Of a DNA stretch of 64,000 nucleotides, positions 23,908 through 37,494 are shown in pieces. The notes beneath the pieces are model-generated. The model did no database searches and was not told the origin of the DNA. It saw only the letters and a program-made list of their open reading frames with translations. The position numbers were made by a program, and so were the translations under genes. Positions within the stretch are counted from its first letter, which is position 1; each line of letters starts with the position of its first letter. The stretch comes from Carcharhinus longimanus (lineage: Eukaryota): NCBI GenBank assembly GCA_030264375.1, contig JASCQW010000168.1:12309246-12373245 (forward strand), given 5' to 3'.

Positions 23908-26900
23908 TAGAGCTTGTACCTACTGGGCTTCTGTAGATACAGTCAATCAAGGTGATATGGGAAGGGATCTGAATTCAAAACTACATGAGTTCATAGTAGA
24001 TATGCACAATTATCTCTACTAAAATGATGGTCTTTCACCAGTATCTATGATGAGCTCTTTGCTAGCAGAGAAACCATTGTGACACAATGATGTAAGTAAT
24101 ATTTCAGATTAGTGAAATTGTGATCCTTTGAACCAATGGCTGCCTGGTTTCAAAAAAGGTGATCAAGATTTGTCTGTAACTTCATACAATATACCATCAT
24201 TAATTATAGTGTTAAGAACATACCCAAAGGACAGAAGAATTGAGTTCAAAAAGAGAGGTTATCCTTTATTTAATAAACATTGTAATCATATGCTAAAACT
24301 GGCATACTTGCTGCTCACTCAAATGAAGCAAATATTTGCCTATGGATAAGATTGATTTTACTGGATAAGCTAATTGTCAGAATTGTCATATTGAATAAAT
24401 AGTGGGAACAATACCAAGAATTCAACTCATAGTTCATTGTGTTTTAATTTAGCCAGTTCTCTCTCAGAGAATGGAATGAGGCAAAAGCGTACATTGGTCT
24501 CAAGTTTAATGAACAAAGTGTATGCTTCTGCTGAGAATGCAAAAGGATGGGAACATTTTATAAAAGCACTTTAGATAATTGGGCCAATTTTGTGAGGGAT
24601 TTCTGCAGTATAATTATACTTGACACTATTTATAATGGAGCTGTTATTTAAGGGGTGAAGGTAACTTAATAATAATATATTATTTTACTTTCCCAAAAAC
24701 CAATAACTTTCAATGCATTTAATTATTACTTAATATTTTCACAAGTTTAACACTAATCTTTCAGTAACATTTAATACAGAATAATTTTGTTTGGTGACCA
24801 CTCTTTGTACAATAAAGCCAAATACCATCTGTGATCTCAAATTCTGGTTGACATTTATAGTGAATCTAATCTTGTTTTCTTCAAAGACTCTGAACAGGAT
24901 AAAACAAATATTGAATATATTTTTCTGGCCATAGATACTAAAATATTGTTCCTGAGGTAATGGAAGTCAATGTGAATCGTTGATGGCCTCTGGTTTCCTT
25001 TTATAAATTTGCAAATAAATCAAAATGACCCCACCCAAAACCATACTCCAGTATCCAGTTGTAAATGCTTTTCCACTGAAGGTTCATTAATTATTACATT
25101 GGTTATCACTGATATAATTATAAGAGTAACCATGGTGCTACATGGAAGGCATCAACATATTGTATTTGCAAAGGTACAACTCCATTAGGACTTTAATCTC
25201 CAAGCACTCCAGTATCAGATTGGAGGGCACCCCAAAGATGTGCTGGGATGTAACCCCACTTTGGAAGTTCACAATTAAAGTTTGCATGGCAAATAAGCAG
25301 CAGTGCAAACTTCCCTGGACAACTGGCCTGCACTGGCAACCAAAAATGCAGTTTAATTCAAAAATTTCAGATGGGTCTGACTGGGTTACACCAGTACTTA
25401 CCCAGAAAAGGTTAGAATAATTAAAACCACTTATTAACAATTGTAACAGGTGCAGACTGCCCCTGCCCCCAGATCTCTCCCTACCCCCCAACCCTCCAGG
25501 GAGCACCCACCAACCCCTGACCACCCCTCCCTCCCTACAGGACTCTGGACAACACCCACGGGAGTCTCCCACTCTTTGATTCACACTCCCATGCTTTTCC
25601 CACTCTCACATGGACATATCCACCTCTCATCCTGGAGGCCCAACAACCTCTCCTATCTGGCAGCCTGTCACCTCCCCCCTGACCCCCGGTACAGATTCGA
25701 TGGGCTGAATGCCCTCCTTCTGAAGTGTGGGGATTCAATAATTCTATTACCTTGATGTTGACCCTGGCTTACCCGGCCTGTGTTGGAAATTTGGGTGAAG
25801 CAGGTTGTGAAAAAGATGCATAAATTGAGCATGAAGTGGCTGATTTCAACTCCAAAGAAATCCAGGCCTCATAACCTTCAGAATTGAATGTTTTCCATTG
25901 TGAACATTAGCTTAATAAATTGTCAGAACAGTTTAGTTTCAAAGTATAGTTTTAATTATAGTTCGTGTAGTCACCAAGTTAAGGGAAGCAAGAATTAAAT
26001 AACTTTTTCATACCTGTTATCATCATTTCCAGGTTAACTGTTCAAATGGTCTCAAACTTGTCTTTTTAATATCAGCATCAACAGCTGAAAAAATACTCCA
26101 TAGCTCTTCATAAAGATGTAATTAAAGAAGTAATCACCCAGCCAACAAAAGAGATATTTGGAGGAATGGCCAACAGCCTGATCAGAAANNNNNNNNNNNN
26201 NNNNNNNNNNNNNNNNNNNNNNNNNNNNNNNNNNNNNNNNNNNNNNNNNNNNNNNNNNNNNNNNNNNNNNNNNNNNNNNNNNNNNNNNGAAAGGTGGGTT
26301 TTAAAAAGGGCCCTAAAGAAAGGGAGAGGGTGAAGAGAAGTCTGAGCAGGGAATTGAAGAATATAGAGCCTAGGCATCTGAATTCATGGCTGATAAATGG
26401 GTAGTCAAAGAGCGATGGGAATACTTTATTTTCATCACAAGATCACTTCAAACAGAAGTAGCCTTGTAATGTGCTAGAGTTCCTTGTGCTCTGGAACATA
26501 TCCACTTCCACTGCAGAACAGATTCCTTATCACTGGTAATACATAACTATGTAGGTAGATAGATCTGGAATTCTCATTGTTGTCAGTGCTCACAATTATT
26601 ATAGAAACTTTAGAAATCAAATTCTGGCATTGGCACATGTGAGTTTACATGTAGAAACCTGAAAGTTCTATCGCAGCAACCTGAAAGTTTAATTCCTTCA
26701 AGATCCTCTCTGATGGTCTCAATAGTGAATTCAATGCAATGATATGAAATTTCAGCATTCATCCACTAAACACCAGAAAAAGGGCATGATAATTACTGCT
26801 GAACAACCTTTCTGGCCCTGAATTATTTTACAAGTGTGGAGTTTCAATCATTGTGAATTTAATTAATTCTGGAGATTAATAATATTTTTCTTACTTTTGC

Positions 26901-27505
26901 TGCCTGTCTTTTTCTATCTCTCCCTCTCAACCTCCATCTCTCTTTTGCATTATGATGATGATTTTGGACTGAATTAAATTCAATTTATGCTCCATAGTTT
27001 AGACCTTTGAGCTCTTTAAGAGTGTTTGAACCAGATAGTTTGGAGAGTCGAACTCTTCCGTAGCCCACAGCTGTCAAATATCCATAGAGATGGTACTGTG
27101 CTGGAAATTTCAAAATAGCGCAAGTTGTTGATCCAAAGCTTGACAACTGTCTGTAGGCAGCCGTCAGTATGATGAAGGACGTGGTCTTCATTCACTACCC
27201 ACTGGAAAATCGTGGTCTGGTTTTTTGAATGTTTCTACATGGGAAAGGTCTGACCAAGCCAAAAAGTGAACTGCCCATGTGTTTTAAACAATGTTGGTAA
27301 CAGTGTTATCATTTTCTCATGACAACAGGAAATTGGTAATACTTCAGTGGTTTTCTGTTCCTCCTGAAGCAGTAAGGTCACTAAATTAATACTATGCATT
27401 GTCATAGAAGCCATTGCAATCATGTAATAAAAATGGACCATATGCAATCCCAATATTGAAAATGCAAACTCTCAGCAAACCACTCTGTTTTTTAGTGTCA
27501 CAAGT

Positions 27506-27615
27506 GGTTGGTTGTTCGTCCATCGTCATCGATGAGGACCTCGACACTATTAGTCATTCTGAGGCTGGATGCAGTGTTTCCGAAGATGACTGATCAGGCC
27601 AATTCGGGCATGGAA
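27506..27615 (-). mobile_element. RTE LINE 3' end running into an N gap
   Basis: About 87% identical by eye to 28172-28276, with a CAA-type tail on the minus strand. Confidence 0.8.
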
Positions 27616-27715
27616 NNNNNNNNNNNNNNNNNNNNNNNNNNNNNNNNNNNNNNNNNNNNNNNNNNNNNNNNNNNNNNNNNNNNNNNNNNNNNNNNNNNNN
27701 NNNNNNNNNNNNNNN

Positions 27716-27835
27716 AGTAATGGGTTGAAAGTTTATGGGGAGAATGCAGGAAAATGAGGATGAGGAGCAGATCATCCATGATCGAATGGTGGAATGGACT
27801 CAATGGGTCAAATGGCCTAATTCTGCTCCTACAGC
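27716..27835 (+). mobile_element. CR1/HER1 3' tail
   Basis: 'ccatgatcgaatggtggaatggactcaatgggtcaaatggcctaattctgctcct'. Confidence 0.75.
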
Positions 27836-27844
27836 TTTTCTTAT

Positions 27845-28165
27845 AAGCATGGTTTTGTGAATGGAAAATCATGTCTCACGAACTTGATTGAGTTTTTTGA
27901 AGGAGTAACCAAGAACGTGGATGAGGGCAGTGCAATCGACGTTGTCTTCATGGACTCTATCGAAGCCTTTAACAAAATACTGCATGGTCGCTTGTTGCAT
28001 AAGGGTGAATCTCAAGGGAATCAGGGTGAGGTAGCCAAATGGAAACAAAATTAGCATGACGGTAGTAGACAGGGGATGGTTGTAAAGGATTTTTTTTCAA
28101 ACTGGAGGCCTGTGACCAGCAGTGTGCCTCAGGGATCGATGCTGGGTCCACTCTTATTTGTTATT
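27845..28165 (+). mobile_element. CR1 LINE RT fragment
   Basis: GKSCLTNLIEFFEGVTKNVDEGSAIDVVFMD..AFNKILHGRLLHK; [21 protein letters not shown]. Confidence 0.9.
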
Positions 28166-28167
28166 TT

Positions 28168-28918
28168 TTGTTGTTGTTCGTCCATCATCATCGATGAGGG
28201 CCTCGATACCATTAGTCATTTTGAGGCTGGTTGCGGTGTGCCCGAAGATGACTGATCAGGCCAAATCGGCCACAGAATGTCCTGGCACATATTAGACAGA
28301 CGTGTGTAGACACTGTAGTTGTTGCGCTCATGTCTCTGGACTTGCGCAACTCGCACTTAAGTTGTGCTTCAGCAATACACCTTGCTTCGTGAGCTTGACA
28401 GCCTTTGTCGATGAGGCAGCGCCAGGTAGGGCGGTTTTGTGCCAGCGTTTCCCAGGTGGTCGTGTCAATGTCAAGCGACTTCAGAGAGGCTTTGAGTGTG
28501 TCTCTGAAAAGTTTTTTCTGCCCTCCATGCAAGCGTCTTCCAGCACAGAGTTCCCCAGAAAGGAACAGCTTGGGTATGCACTCGTCTGACATACGGATGA
28601 CATGACCTGCCCACCGGATCTGCGCTCTCATCAGCAATGTGTGGACTGATGGTCGACTTGCTCTAGAGAGAACTTTAGTGTCTGGTACTTTGTCTTGCCA
28701 TCTGATGTGTAATATTCTGCAAAGACAGGTCATGTGGAAACAATTGAGTTGTCTTGCGTGCCTTCGATACACAGTTCACGTTTCACAGGCATACAGGAGG
28801 GTAGTGAGTACTGCGGTGCTGTAGACCATCAGTTTTGTTGCTGGGCTGATTCCTTGACGCCCCCATGCAGTGGAGCACAGTCTACTGAAAGCAGAACTTG
28901 TCTTTGCTATTCTGCAGT
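28168..28918 (-). mobile_element. RTE-clade LINE, 5'-truncated, well-preserved ORF C-terminus
   Basis: CRIAKTSSAFSRL...LLYACET*TVYRRHARQLNCFHMTCLCRILHIRWQDKVPD...RWAGHVIRMSD...[19 protein letters not shown], short 3' UTR and (CAA)n tail. Confidence 0.93.
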
Positions 28919-28974
28919 TTTATATAGATTTCCTGTATAACTGCTTCCCAGCAAAGTCTTCAACAAAAGGGAAT

Positions 28975-29480
28975 ACAATAAAATAAGCTCTACCCTTTTT
29001 ATAACCAGCCATTTCTTTCCATTCATCAACATATTCCAAACTATCAAAGAGTTTGGTCAATTCCCAGGAATCAAATTTGACCTCTCCAAAGTGGATGAAT
29101 CCGCACAGAAATTTCACATGGCCAGGATCCTGATAAAGAAGTGACCTATACACTGCTCCCTCCTGACCAGCATACCTTCTGACCAGGACCCATCCAGGTT
29201 CAGCCAGAGGCAAGTAAAATAAAAATGTGTTCTTCCATTATCTATTTCAAATGTATCTAAGATCCCAATTCAGCAATTTCCAAGTTCTTGACAAGCATCT
29301 CAGGCAGCCCATGCAGCTGTCCAAAATTCATGGAAAGCTCAATTTTCCCAATCCAAGGCGTAATATTGGGAAGCTTTACTCTGGAGAATAATGGCTGAGA
29401 TTCTAGTCTCCGCCCTCACTATTTGGCTGATATTTTACTACAGATCATCCCAGTGAATGCGTTTGCACAGACTGTCCTTT
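28975..29480 (+). mobile_element. Decayed L1-clade LINE RT fragment
   Basis: FINIFQTIKEFGQFPGIKFDLSK resembles L1 'I..F..xSGYKINxxKS'. Also a KMxVLP..YLFQ-like segment and QLSKIHGKLNFPN, resembling 'K..GGLxLPN'. Confidence 0.6.
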
Positions 29481-29619
29481 GATTGCATTTCATAAAATGG
29501 GACATAAATATATGATTAACTCAGTGCAACACCTCATGTTGAAATCCTTTGAAGTTACTCTTTGATCACCATTTGAATCACTGAAGAATTCCCAATTGTC
29601 AGGTCAGATAACACGATTG

Positions 29620-30640
29620 TATTAATCTTCCTCGTGTTCTTCTTTAACATCATCATTTTCACAAGCAGTCGTCCTCGCAATGTCAAGTGCATCTGATAGT
29701 CTACATTTTAGAAATTAATTTTGGCGATATTGGAATTGATTTCCTTGCACTCATCTACAACTCATTGGCACAGTGTTGCTACTGAGGCTGCTCACATATT
29801 TCTAACCTTAATCGAATGTTTTTTTCACCTTCCAATATCTAATTGTTCCATGCCATTTGGATACTGTCCTTGTGAGGTTTATTTTGCACCATTCAAGGGC
29901 TGAATGATATTCAGAAGACTGCTGGGAATACTTTGATATTGTTTGATCTCACATCACTGACGACATCATTGATAAGTTTGGTTTTGAACATGAGCCAGAC
30001 AAGCAAACTTTATTCTTCGTGTTGTTTCCCTGGTTTCAACTTGCACAGTTGGTTGATTCATTTCATGCAACCACTTTCACTGACCAGCCTTTCTCGTGAA
30101 CGTTGATGGCGACACCTCTCTGAAATATTTCCTTGAGGTAAATTTTTCATTTGAATCTCATCAACAGCTTTAATTGGATGGCATGCACAGTACAAGGTGG
30201 AACCACATGAACACCATCTTCTCGTTTACAAAGGCAGTTTCTTCACCATTCCTGGTAATGGTCTTGTTTGCTGGCGTGTTGGATACCATCAGTGTTTTGT
30301 ATATAATTCCAATGCAGGCCAATCGATATATATTTTTCTCTTGATGATGAATGACCAATTGTAAGATTTAGTGAGTTTATCATCAAGTTCACCTGGTGGA
30401 CATTGTGAAACTTTGGTTTTCTGATAGCGTGCTAAATCATGCCTTTTCAGGAATCTTGCGAATGACCTAGCAATGGCCTTGAATGCTGGAATTTCATCCT
30501 CCTTCACTTCTCTGAGGGTTTGAAGTGGGTTGGCTCTGTGGAAGATAATACCATTTTGCTAATGGTCGTTATCCCATTCGTTCCACTTTTTTATCCGATT
30601 TATGTTCAACTATGTAGTTGTTATTCTTTTTCAAACATCA
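29620..30640 (-). mobile_element. Decayed pogo-family (POGK-like, DDE_1) transposase
   Basis: Minus strand 'FKAIARSFARFLKRHDL..YQKTKVSQ..P..LDDKL', 'NTPANKTI..NGE', 'GVAINVHEKGW', 'SLLVWLMFKT', 'IPSSLLNIIQPLNG' and 'SDALD..EDD', with frameshifts and stops. Confidence 0.85.
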
Positions 30641-31448
30641 TGATGGATCATTTGTAACACATTACATTTGTCAATTAGCTGGGAGATGGCTGCTAAAATT
30701 GTTGAAGGAAAAATCTAAAGGTTCCTATGCAGGCCTTTAAACTAATGAACCATAGTAATGATTGGTAAGTAATTAATAATTGCAACATGTTTTGAAGCCT
30801 AACGAACTAGTGTTATGAAGCCATAGACTCATAAATTGTACTTTATAAAAATGACTGAATTTACTGACTGGGAATCACTAATTGAATTTTTAAAAAGTCT
30901 AAAGTTAATTCCAGTAACCCGAGATCACAATCAAAGATGGCTGAATATTTGCATCACTGTCCCTTCTATATTCCAATGTCATTGAAATGGTGACAATCTG
31001 CTTCCAAAACTTCACCAGTAACAATTGCCTTGAAGGATTATGAATGGAGGTCATCTCCTACAACAATCACAAAACATCCAGTCAGTCAGTTGGATACACA
31101 ACTGGGTGGAGACAAACCATGAGATGTAATCTCATCATGTAAAGCAGACATCTAGAATCCACTAGCCATAACCATATTTGGGATACTGTGCAGTTGGAGA
31201 GATGGTCATGTGACAAACCAGCTAACCTTTATGGGTTTAAGCACTTGTTTTCTCTNNNNNNNNNNNNNNNNNNNNNNNNNNNNNNNNNNNNNNNNNNNNN
31301 NNNNNNNNNNNNNNNNNNNNNNNNNNNNNNNNNNNNNNNNNNNNNNNNNNNNNNNNNNNNNNNNNNNNNNNNNNNNNNNNNNNNNNNNNNNNNNNNNNNN
31401 NNNNNNNNNNNNNNNNNNNNNNNNNNNNNNNNNNNNNNNNNNNNNNNN

Positions 31449-31570
31449 GGGAAAGTGGAACTGATCCACTTCAGATCAGCCATGATCTTATTGAATGGCA
31501 GGGCAAGCTCGAAGGGCTAGATGGCATACTCCTGCTCCTATTTCTTATGTTCTTATGTTCTTATGTTCTT
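31449..31570 (+). mobile_element. CR1/HER1 3' tail with (TTATGTTC)n terminal repeat
   Basis: 'gatcagccatgatcttattgaatggcagggcaagctcgaagggc...tttcttatgttcttatgttcttatgttctt'. Confidence 0.85.
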
Positions 31571-33001
31571 ACTTTAAACTGCCTCCATGCCAAACCCCAA
31601 AGACCACGAAATTCAATGTGAAGCCAGCTAAGTCACCAACTTTCACGAGCTATATACTCTTTAACATTACTGAACTTTAAATGATTGAATCTATCCTCCT
31701 ACTCCATAATCTATTTGAATGTGTATGGAAGTGTGTGCATTTCTTAGACTCAGTTAAATACAATGAATACTATTTTCTTCCTTAAAAAAACTCAAAGAAA
31801 CATGATTGTAGTTTTCACAACACATGAACAGTTAAAGATTCGCCGAACTATATGCTTTAAAGAAAACTTGTTGCTGTCAAATGAGTACGGAAAGGAGGAG
31901 CCAGTCCATTTCCTTAACCTGATTGTAACACTATGCTCAACTTTTGTGCAAAGTTTATGATAAATTGTGTTATTTAAGCCAAATGTTATGGGTTGGCTTT
32001 AACATGAGATCGACTTTTACATAAGTATATATGATAATAACAAGTAGTGCTCACTACAGTGGTCTTAAGAACGTCTTTGTTAGACATTTGAAGTATATTG
32101 GCTTTTTTCCTTGTTCCACGCGAAACATTGAAATAATTGTCAGAGATGACAACTTCATTCCCAGTCACAATCAGCTTCTCAATTAAGGATGTATGAAACC
32201 TTTCAACATCCAAGGGATAATGCTATCTCATCCAGCAAGACCTAGTCCACATTTCCTCAAGATCAAACCACCCACTCTCAACAAAGCTCCCAACAGGAAC
32301 TGACAACCAACCCTTGAAGCCATACCGCCATACTTAGAACCCCCACCTGTCACATCTCTCCTCTCTGTATGATCGAATTGGATGGAAACTCGAATATCTT
32401 TTTGCTTAGATTAAAACGTTCAGCAAAACATTACCAAAGCAAAGTCTGTTTTTGTTTAAAACAGAATTTGAAACCTTCCAGAACATTGTTGTCATCTGAC
32501 ATTTTTTTATTTCTCAGGACTTGGTTTCTGTTACTTTGATTTCTTTTTATTACTCTTTTAGGCCTAACCTACATGCTTTGAATCTGAAAACATTATAGTA
32601 TTTTGCGACAGAGGAAAACTGAATCGATAGCAATGTATTAAACTCTTCCCTCCCATATATACATACGCGCGCACACACACGCACACACACAAAATATCTT
32701 GTTAAGTGAATTGTTTTAGTTGGTTTTATATTCCTGATATTGCAGTTACAATCCAATTTTTGAGATATGTATTTGTGTTACCAACTCAATAGTTTCCTGT
32801 ATTGACATACATGTCATTAGAATTAGTACTTCCCTGAATTTTGAGTGGATTGTTTGGTAGCTTTAATGATAACTGCTGAAAATTAAGTGGCTGACTTTTA
32901 AAATAAACATTAATTTTCTTTGCTCTGTACTTTATGTTGTGAGGACATTTATCATCATAGATTTTGGAACAAATCTCAGAACAGCTTCAATGATGAATCA
33001 T

Positions 33002-33167
33002 AGGGTGTCATGGTAGCACAGTGGGTTAGCACTGCTGCTTCATAGCTCCAGAGGCCTGGGTTTAAAATCCCAGCTGAGGTCACTGTGTGGAGTTTGCACA
33101 TTCTCCCTGTGTCTGTGTGAGTTTCCTCCAGGTGCTCTGGTTTTCTCCCATAGTCGAAAGATGCGTG
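33002..33167 (+). mobile_element. HE1-type SINE 5' half (runs into N gap)
   Basis: 'ggtagcacagtgggttagcactgctgcttcatagc...gtggagtttgcacattctccctgtgtctgtgtgagtttcctcc'. Confidence 0.85.
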
Positions 33168-33539
33168 NNNNNNNNNNNNNNNNNNNNNNNNNNNNNNNNN
33201 NNNNNNNNNNNNNNNNNNNNNNNNNNNNNNNNNNNNNNNNNNNNNNNNNNNNNNNNNNNNNNNNNNNATACATATGTAATCTTCCCAATCAGAGAAACAA
33301 AATACAAAATAAATATAGAATCAGAAAGCTCCTCAACCCTTAATGAATTAATATCTTTATGTAATATCATGTGCATAGCCATTAAAGATTTTTGTACTCC
33401 TTGTGCAAAAAATAATTGCTTCTAGTTCTCCTGTGAGACAGAAGAAACTGGCACATACAGGATTTGTGAATCATTAAGTATTAGCCAAGGAAAGAATGTT
33501 TCTGTGTAGTTGCTGGGAGACTAGGAATCCTTTATATGG

Positions 33540-33811
33540 TGTCAGTTGTGACTCAATGGTTTCACTCTTTCCTGTGAGTCACAAAGTTGTGGGTTCAAGT
33601 CCCATGCCAGAAATTTAATCACAAAATCAAGGCTGACACTCCAGACTACTGAGGAAGTGTTGTATTTGGGAAGAGATCTTAAACTGTGTCTTTGACTTCC
33701 CTAGCACGTAAACATTAAAGATCTAATGGCATTACCTGAAGACTGGGAAGTTGTTTTTGCTATGCTGACCAATATTTAACCCCTCCAGCAAAAATACTGA
33801 AACAGATAATG
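33540..33811 (+). mobile_element. Deu-domain SINE
   Basis: Head 'gagtcacaaagttgtgggttcaagtccc...aaaatcaaggctgacactccag' and core 'aaagatctaatggcatta...ctgaccaatattta...ctgaaacagat'. Confidence 0.7.
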
Positions 33812-33935
33812 AACAGGATTTTACAGCCTCACTCAGGCAAGGCTGGAAAATCCTGCCCAAGGTCAACGGATGTTTCCATTGTCCATCCCTTGCCCACTCC
33901 AATTCCATGACAGGCGGGGCAGTAGAATTCCGGCG
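33812..33935. mobile_element. Short MITE-like element
   Basis: 'caggattttacagcc...ggctggaaaatcctg' hairpin; a reverse-complement relative lies at 42008-42130. Confidence 0.55.
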
Positions 33936-36900
33936 ATGGATTCAAATGCAGTGCTATGTGCGTAGGGGGAGGGGCATGTTCATGGGGGTGTGGTGGGAGG
34001 TATAAAATGGTGCAGAAAGGTAATGTAGCACATCCATGACTCCACCTTGCTAGTGGTGGGGAAGGTGGCAGGTGACCTCACACACAGACACCAATGACAA
34101 GTCTCTTCTTGCTGTCATTGACAGTTTAACAGTGATAGCGGTGGGCGAACTGGAGGCCTATACCATGTTGAAACCTGGTTGCCTCCCAGCAGGCCTGGCA
34201 ACTGGTGTCTGCCTATTTGGAAGGCATCTTAGCAGCAATGGCCAATTCCACAGTAACCTTCCAACACCAATAACGCTGCCTCCCTGGGGCATGCCAGCTT
34301 GGCCCTTGTGCCCCAGATCTCAATTTGCTGGTTAGGAAGGCATCATCCTTCAATAGCATCCTCATCTTTTAGACGTTGAGATTGTTGAGTGGCCAACCCT
34401 CCCACTGAGGATGGACGGCCATCTTTAATAAACTGCCATTGACAAGATGTGGTTTTTGGTGCCATAGACTGCCATAGCAAAAATGTACGCATCAACATGA
34501 GTGAACAGACTCGGAATGAACACAAATCTTTATAAAATTCAAAGACTATATAAATGAGGCATGCATAATGAAGAGATTTCAGGAGAGGTTACTTCCTCCT
34601 GCTGCCAAAAGCAAAAGTTTTACTAAGAATAAACCACAGCCAAAAGGACAAGACTATTAGCATTAGTGTCCACACCTTCTAATACCAGATTGAGAATAAA
34701 TCTACAACTTCAATAAAAAAAAGCTACATATGGGTGATAGGCAATTAGGAATTTGGTACCCATGACTTAGCAGTCTAATATTCTGAGAATCATATGATGC
34801 AATGATAAGGGCATTGTTAACTAATAACTATTAATCTCTTTCAATTAGTCAACAATAGACTCAGACAAGACACAAGGAATGCCCCACCTTCTGAAATGGC
34901 CGAGCAAACCACTCAGTTCAATGGTAATTAGGGATGGGCAACAAATGCTGCTTCACCTAGCAACACCCACACCCAGTGAACAAAGGGAAAAATAGTGCAA
35001 GAAAATACAAAAGGAATATCTCAGTGGCGGAAAGCTATGTGAACTTAAGGTTAGCAAGGACCAGAGGTAACAATTTCAAGTTTTGTAAGGATTGAACTAG
35101 TTGGATGTTAGGAGGTGCTTTTTACCCAGAGAATAGTGAACCTATAAACAAGTTGCCAGTTAAATGACAATTCATTGAATTTCTTTAGGTGAGAGTAGGT
35201 CCTGTTCCTAGTTAGGGTAAAGATCACTTTGTACAAATTATAGGTACCATATGACAGTTATCAAGGTTACAGTAATATCCTTGATTAATTTTGATTGCCT
35301 AAAGGGGTCAAAGCAAAATTTTAGATTCCCCCTCCTCATTATGATTTCCATAGAGACTGATAACTTTCATAAAACAGAGTTCAAACTTCCTGTTAATAAC
35401 TGAAAGAATGATACAAGACTTCAATTTTAACCTTTTACTGTAATAAATGACTGAAATTGACTAAACCCTTTTTGTTTTGCAGGAAATTTATACTTTAAAC
35501 TACAGAAAGGAACATTCTCCTTTTATATTTTTCACATATTGCACTCTCCATGGAATTACAGTCCTTGTAGCAAAGAGTTTACCATTGCTCCCAGTTTCCA
35601 GCAGGTTCGCATTTCCCTGCTTTGCAAAGTAGTGACTACAAGTCACCGTCTGCAGTCGGTCCCCTTACTTTTCAGGGAGTTTCTGAAATTGTGTCCTGAT
35701 GATTCTTCTCCTCTGACAATGCCAGAACAAATTTGCCAGAGTCCTTGCATGGCTTCCAGATATGTCTCTTTGACGAGAGACTGTCTTGCTCCCACATTTG
35801 GCTGTGGTAGTTCGCAAAGCTGCTGTCTGCCAGTGATGTTAATTGATTTGAAGGGAAGCCTGTGACCTGATCTCAAAAGTGGCTTCCTCTGCACTCATCC
35901 CCATGGCAACATGAAACACATTAGTCTTGCATCTAGGTAAAAATGTTGATTAGCTAATCTTGACTCCAACTCTCTTTCACCTTAGATGTAAATGGACAGT
36001 TTACAGTTTGCAACTCATACATTTTGCCACCTTTCTGAGATTTCCCAGAGTCTAATATTGTGAATTCAGAGACAGCTGCCATTGTTTTCAAAAGTGAACA
36101 ACTTACACCATTACCCCATAACACAATCTGGACGTCCCTTTGATCTATAACTGTCCTCGGCCTGTTGTCAAACTGACCTCATAACATGATCCTCTGCATT
36201 TTACTTTCAGATAGATACCATTCCAAAACGGAATCATCATACAAACTTTGTAATTTGTTGGGGATGAATGGAGAATAGTGTAAGCTGGAACTGACTCCAT
36301 TGATTTGGAATCAGACAGTGACCCTGTTGAAAAATAAATAATTTGTTAAAAAACATTTTTTTTCAAATATAAGTTTCTTTGAACACAGATAGCCTGTAGG
36401 TTGTAAAAGAGGCTGATCACTACAGTGCCATCTGGCTATAAACACAGCTAGCAGATCTCAGAGGTAAGGAGGCAACAGTGTCAACTATTGTGGAGACTAA
36501 TGTGAAGGACTCAGTTAGAAATAAGGCAAGCTAATAGTCTGATAGAAATAGCATCATGGAAATAGAATCATTCAATAAATGACAAGATGTTAAGATTTAC
36601 AGAAAGGGCACACTGTATAGAAAACCTAACATTGATTTTGTTTGAGAGATTAATTTTGCTTTCTGTTAGTTGTCATTTATTCATTGTAACTTTTTGTTGG
36701 CAAATAGTTACTTATAAATAATTTCTCTAAATTTGTATTTTTTTTTTACTGATTGCCGCTCTTTCTCATTTTTTTTTCATCCGTACAATGTATTACCAGA
36801 ACAACTGGCAACAATTAGCATTTAGGACTCACTGATAGGTGAATGGACATTTCTATTAAAAAAATGCAAATTTCTTTTTACACAGATAGTGATTTTTGAC

Positions 36901-37020
36901 TGGAGCAATTTTTTGCCATAGCTATTTTTCCTCACATGCTCATATACACAGTTGCAAAACTCTGGCTAGCTAGAGGAATCAATAGATAGAGGCAATGGGC
37001 TGAACAATACACTGAGGTGA

Positions 37021-37492
37021 ATGAGGAGAAGCTGGTCTGGATGCCAGAAGAGGCTCAATAACCTCATGAGGGCAGCCACAGTGAGTAAGTCCTCGGTATG
37101 TGCAGTGCCAGTGTGCTATTGGGTGCCATTGGGAAGGCAGGAGGAAAATGAGTTTGACTGGAGCTCCAAGGAAATGTAAAGTAACATTGCTGTCAGTGCC
37201 AAAGTCAGTGTGCTCTTACAGCTTTGGTCCAGTTGGTGGGTGGGGGGTTGACAGAATGTGTTGGCAAGGCATAGCATCTAGGCACTTTGTCAATAACATG
37301 TTGGTGGCATTGAATAATCTGGCGGTGCTAGTGAGTGCAATCTTACACATCTTTTCAGGAGAAGTGAGCCCACTATGCCTAAGAGTGAAGCCAAACAGGA
37401 ATCTTATGGTCCTGACTCCACTTGAAAAGGAGGTGTTGATGTTCACTGACACAGAGTTGTTCAGGATTATTAGCAGAGGTGAGATTGGAGGA
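37021..37492 (+). mobile_element. Decayed Harbinger-type Myb/SANT (ORF2) gene with retained intron
   Basis: RRSWSGCQKRLNNLMRAAT, then GTGAGT donor at 37081 and 'cttttcag' acceptor at 37358, then EK*AHYA*E*SQTG..(shift) VLTPLEKEVL. Resembles the 'R.W.QC.KR.NDL / ER..TGGG....LTP.EE' pattern of Harbinger Myb-like proteins. Confidence 0.6.
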
Positions 37493-37494
37493 AG

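Noticed and set aside
23152-23910. Longest ORF in the track (252 aa) and other X-rich ORFs
   Set aside because: They are artefacts of translating through N gaps.
27506-27615. Assembly duplication of the RTE end across the 100-N gap
   Set aside because: About 12% mismatch to the second copy is too high for a duplicated read or an allele.
35337-36186. ORFs 35539-35865 and 35643-35894 as a gene; region as a solo LTR
   Set aside because: The peptides are unrecognisable. The termini (cattatga / tcataaca) only weakly suggest an LTR and I saw no TSD.
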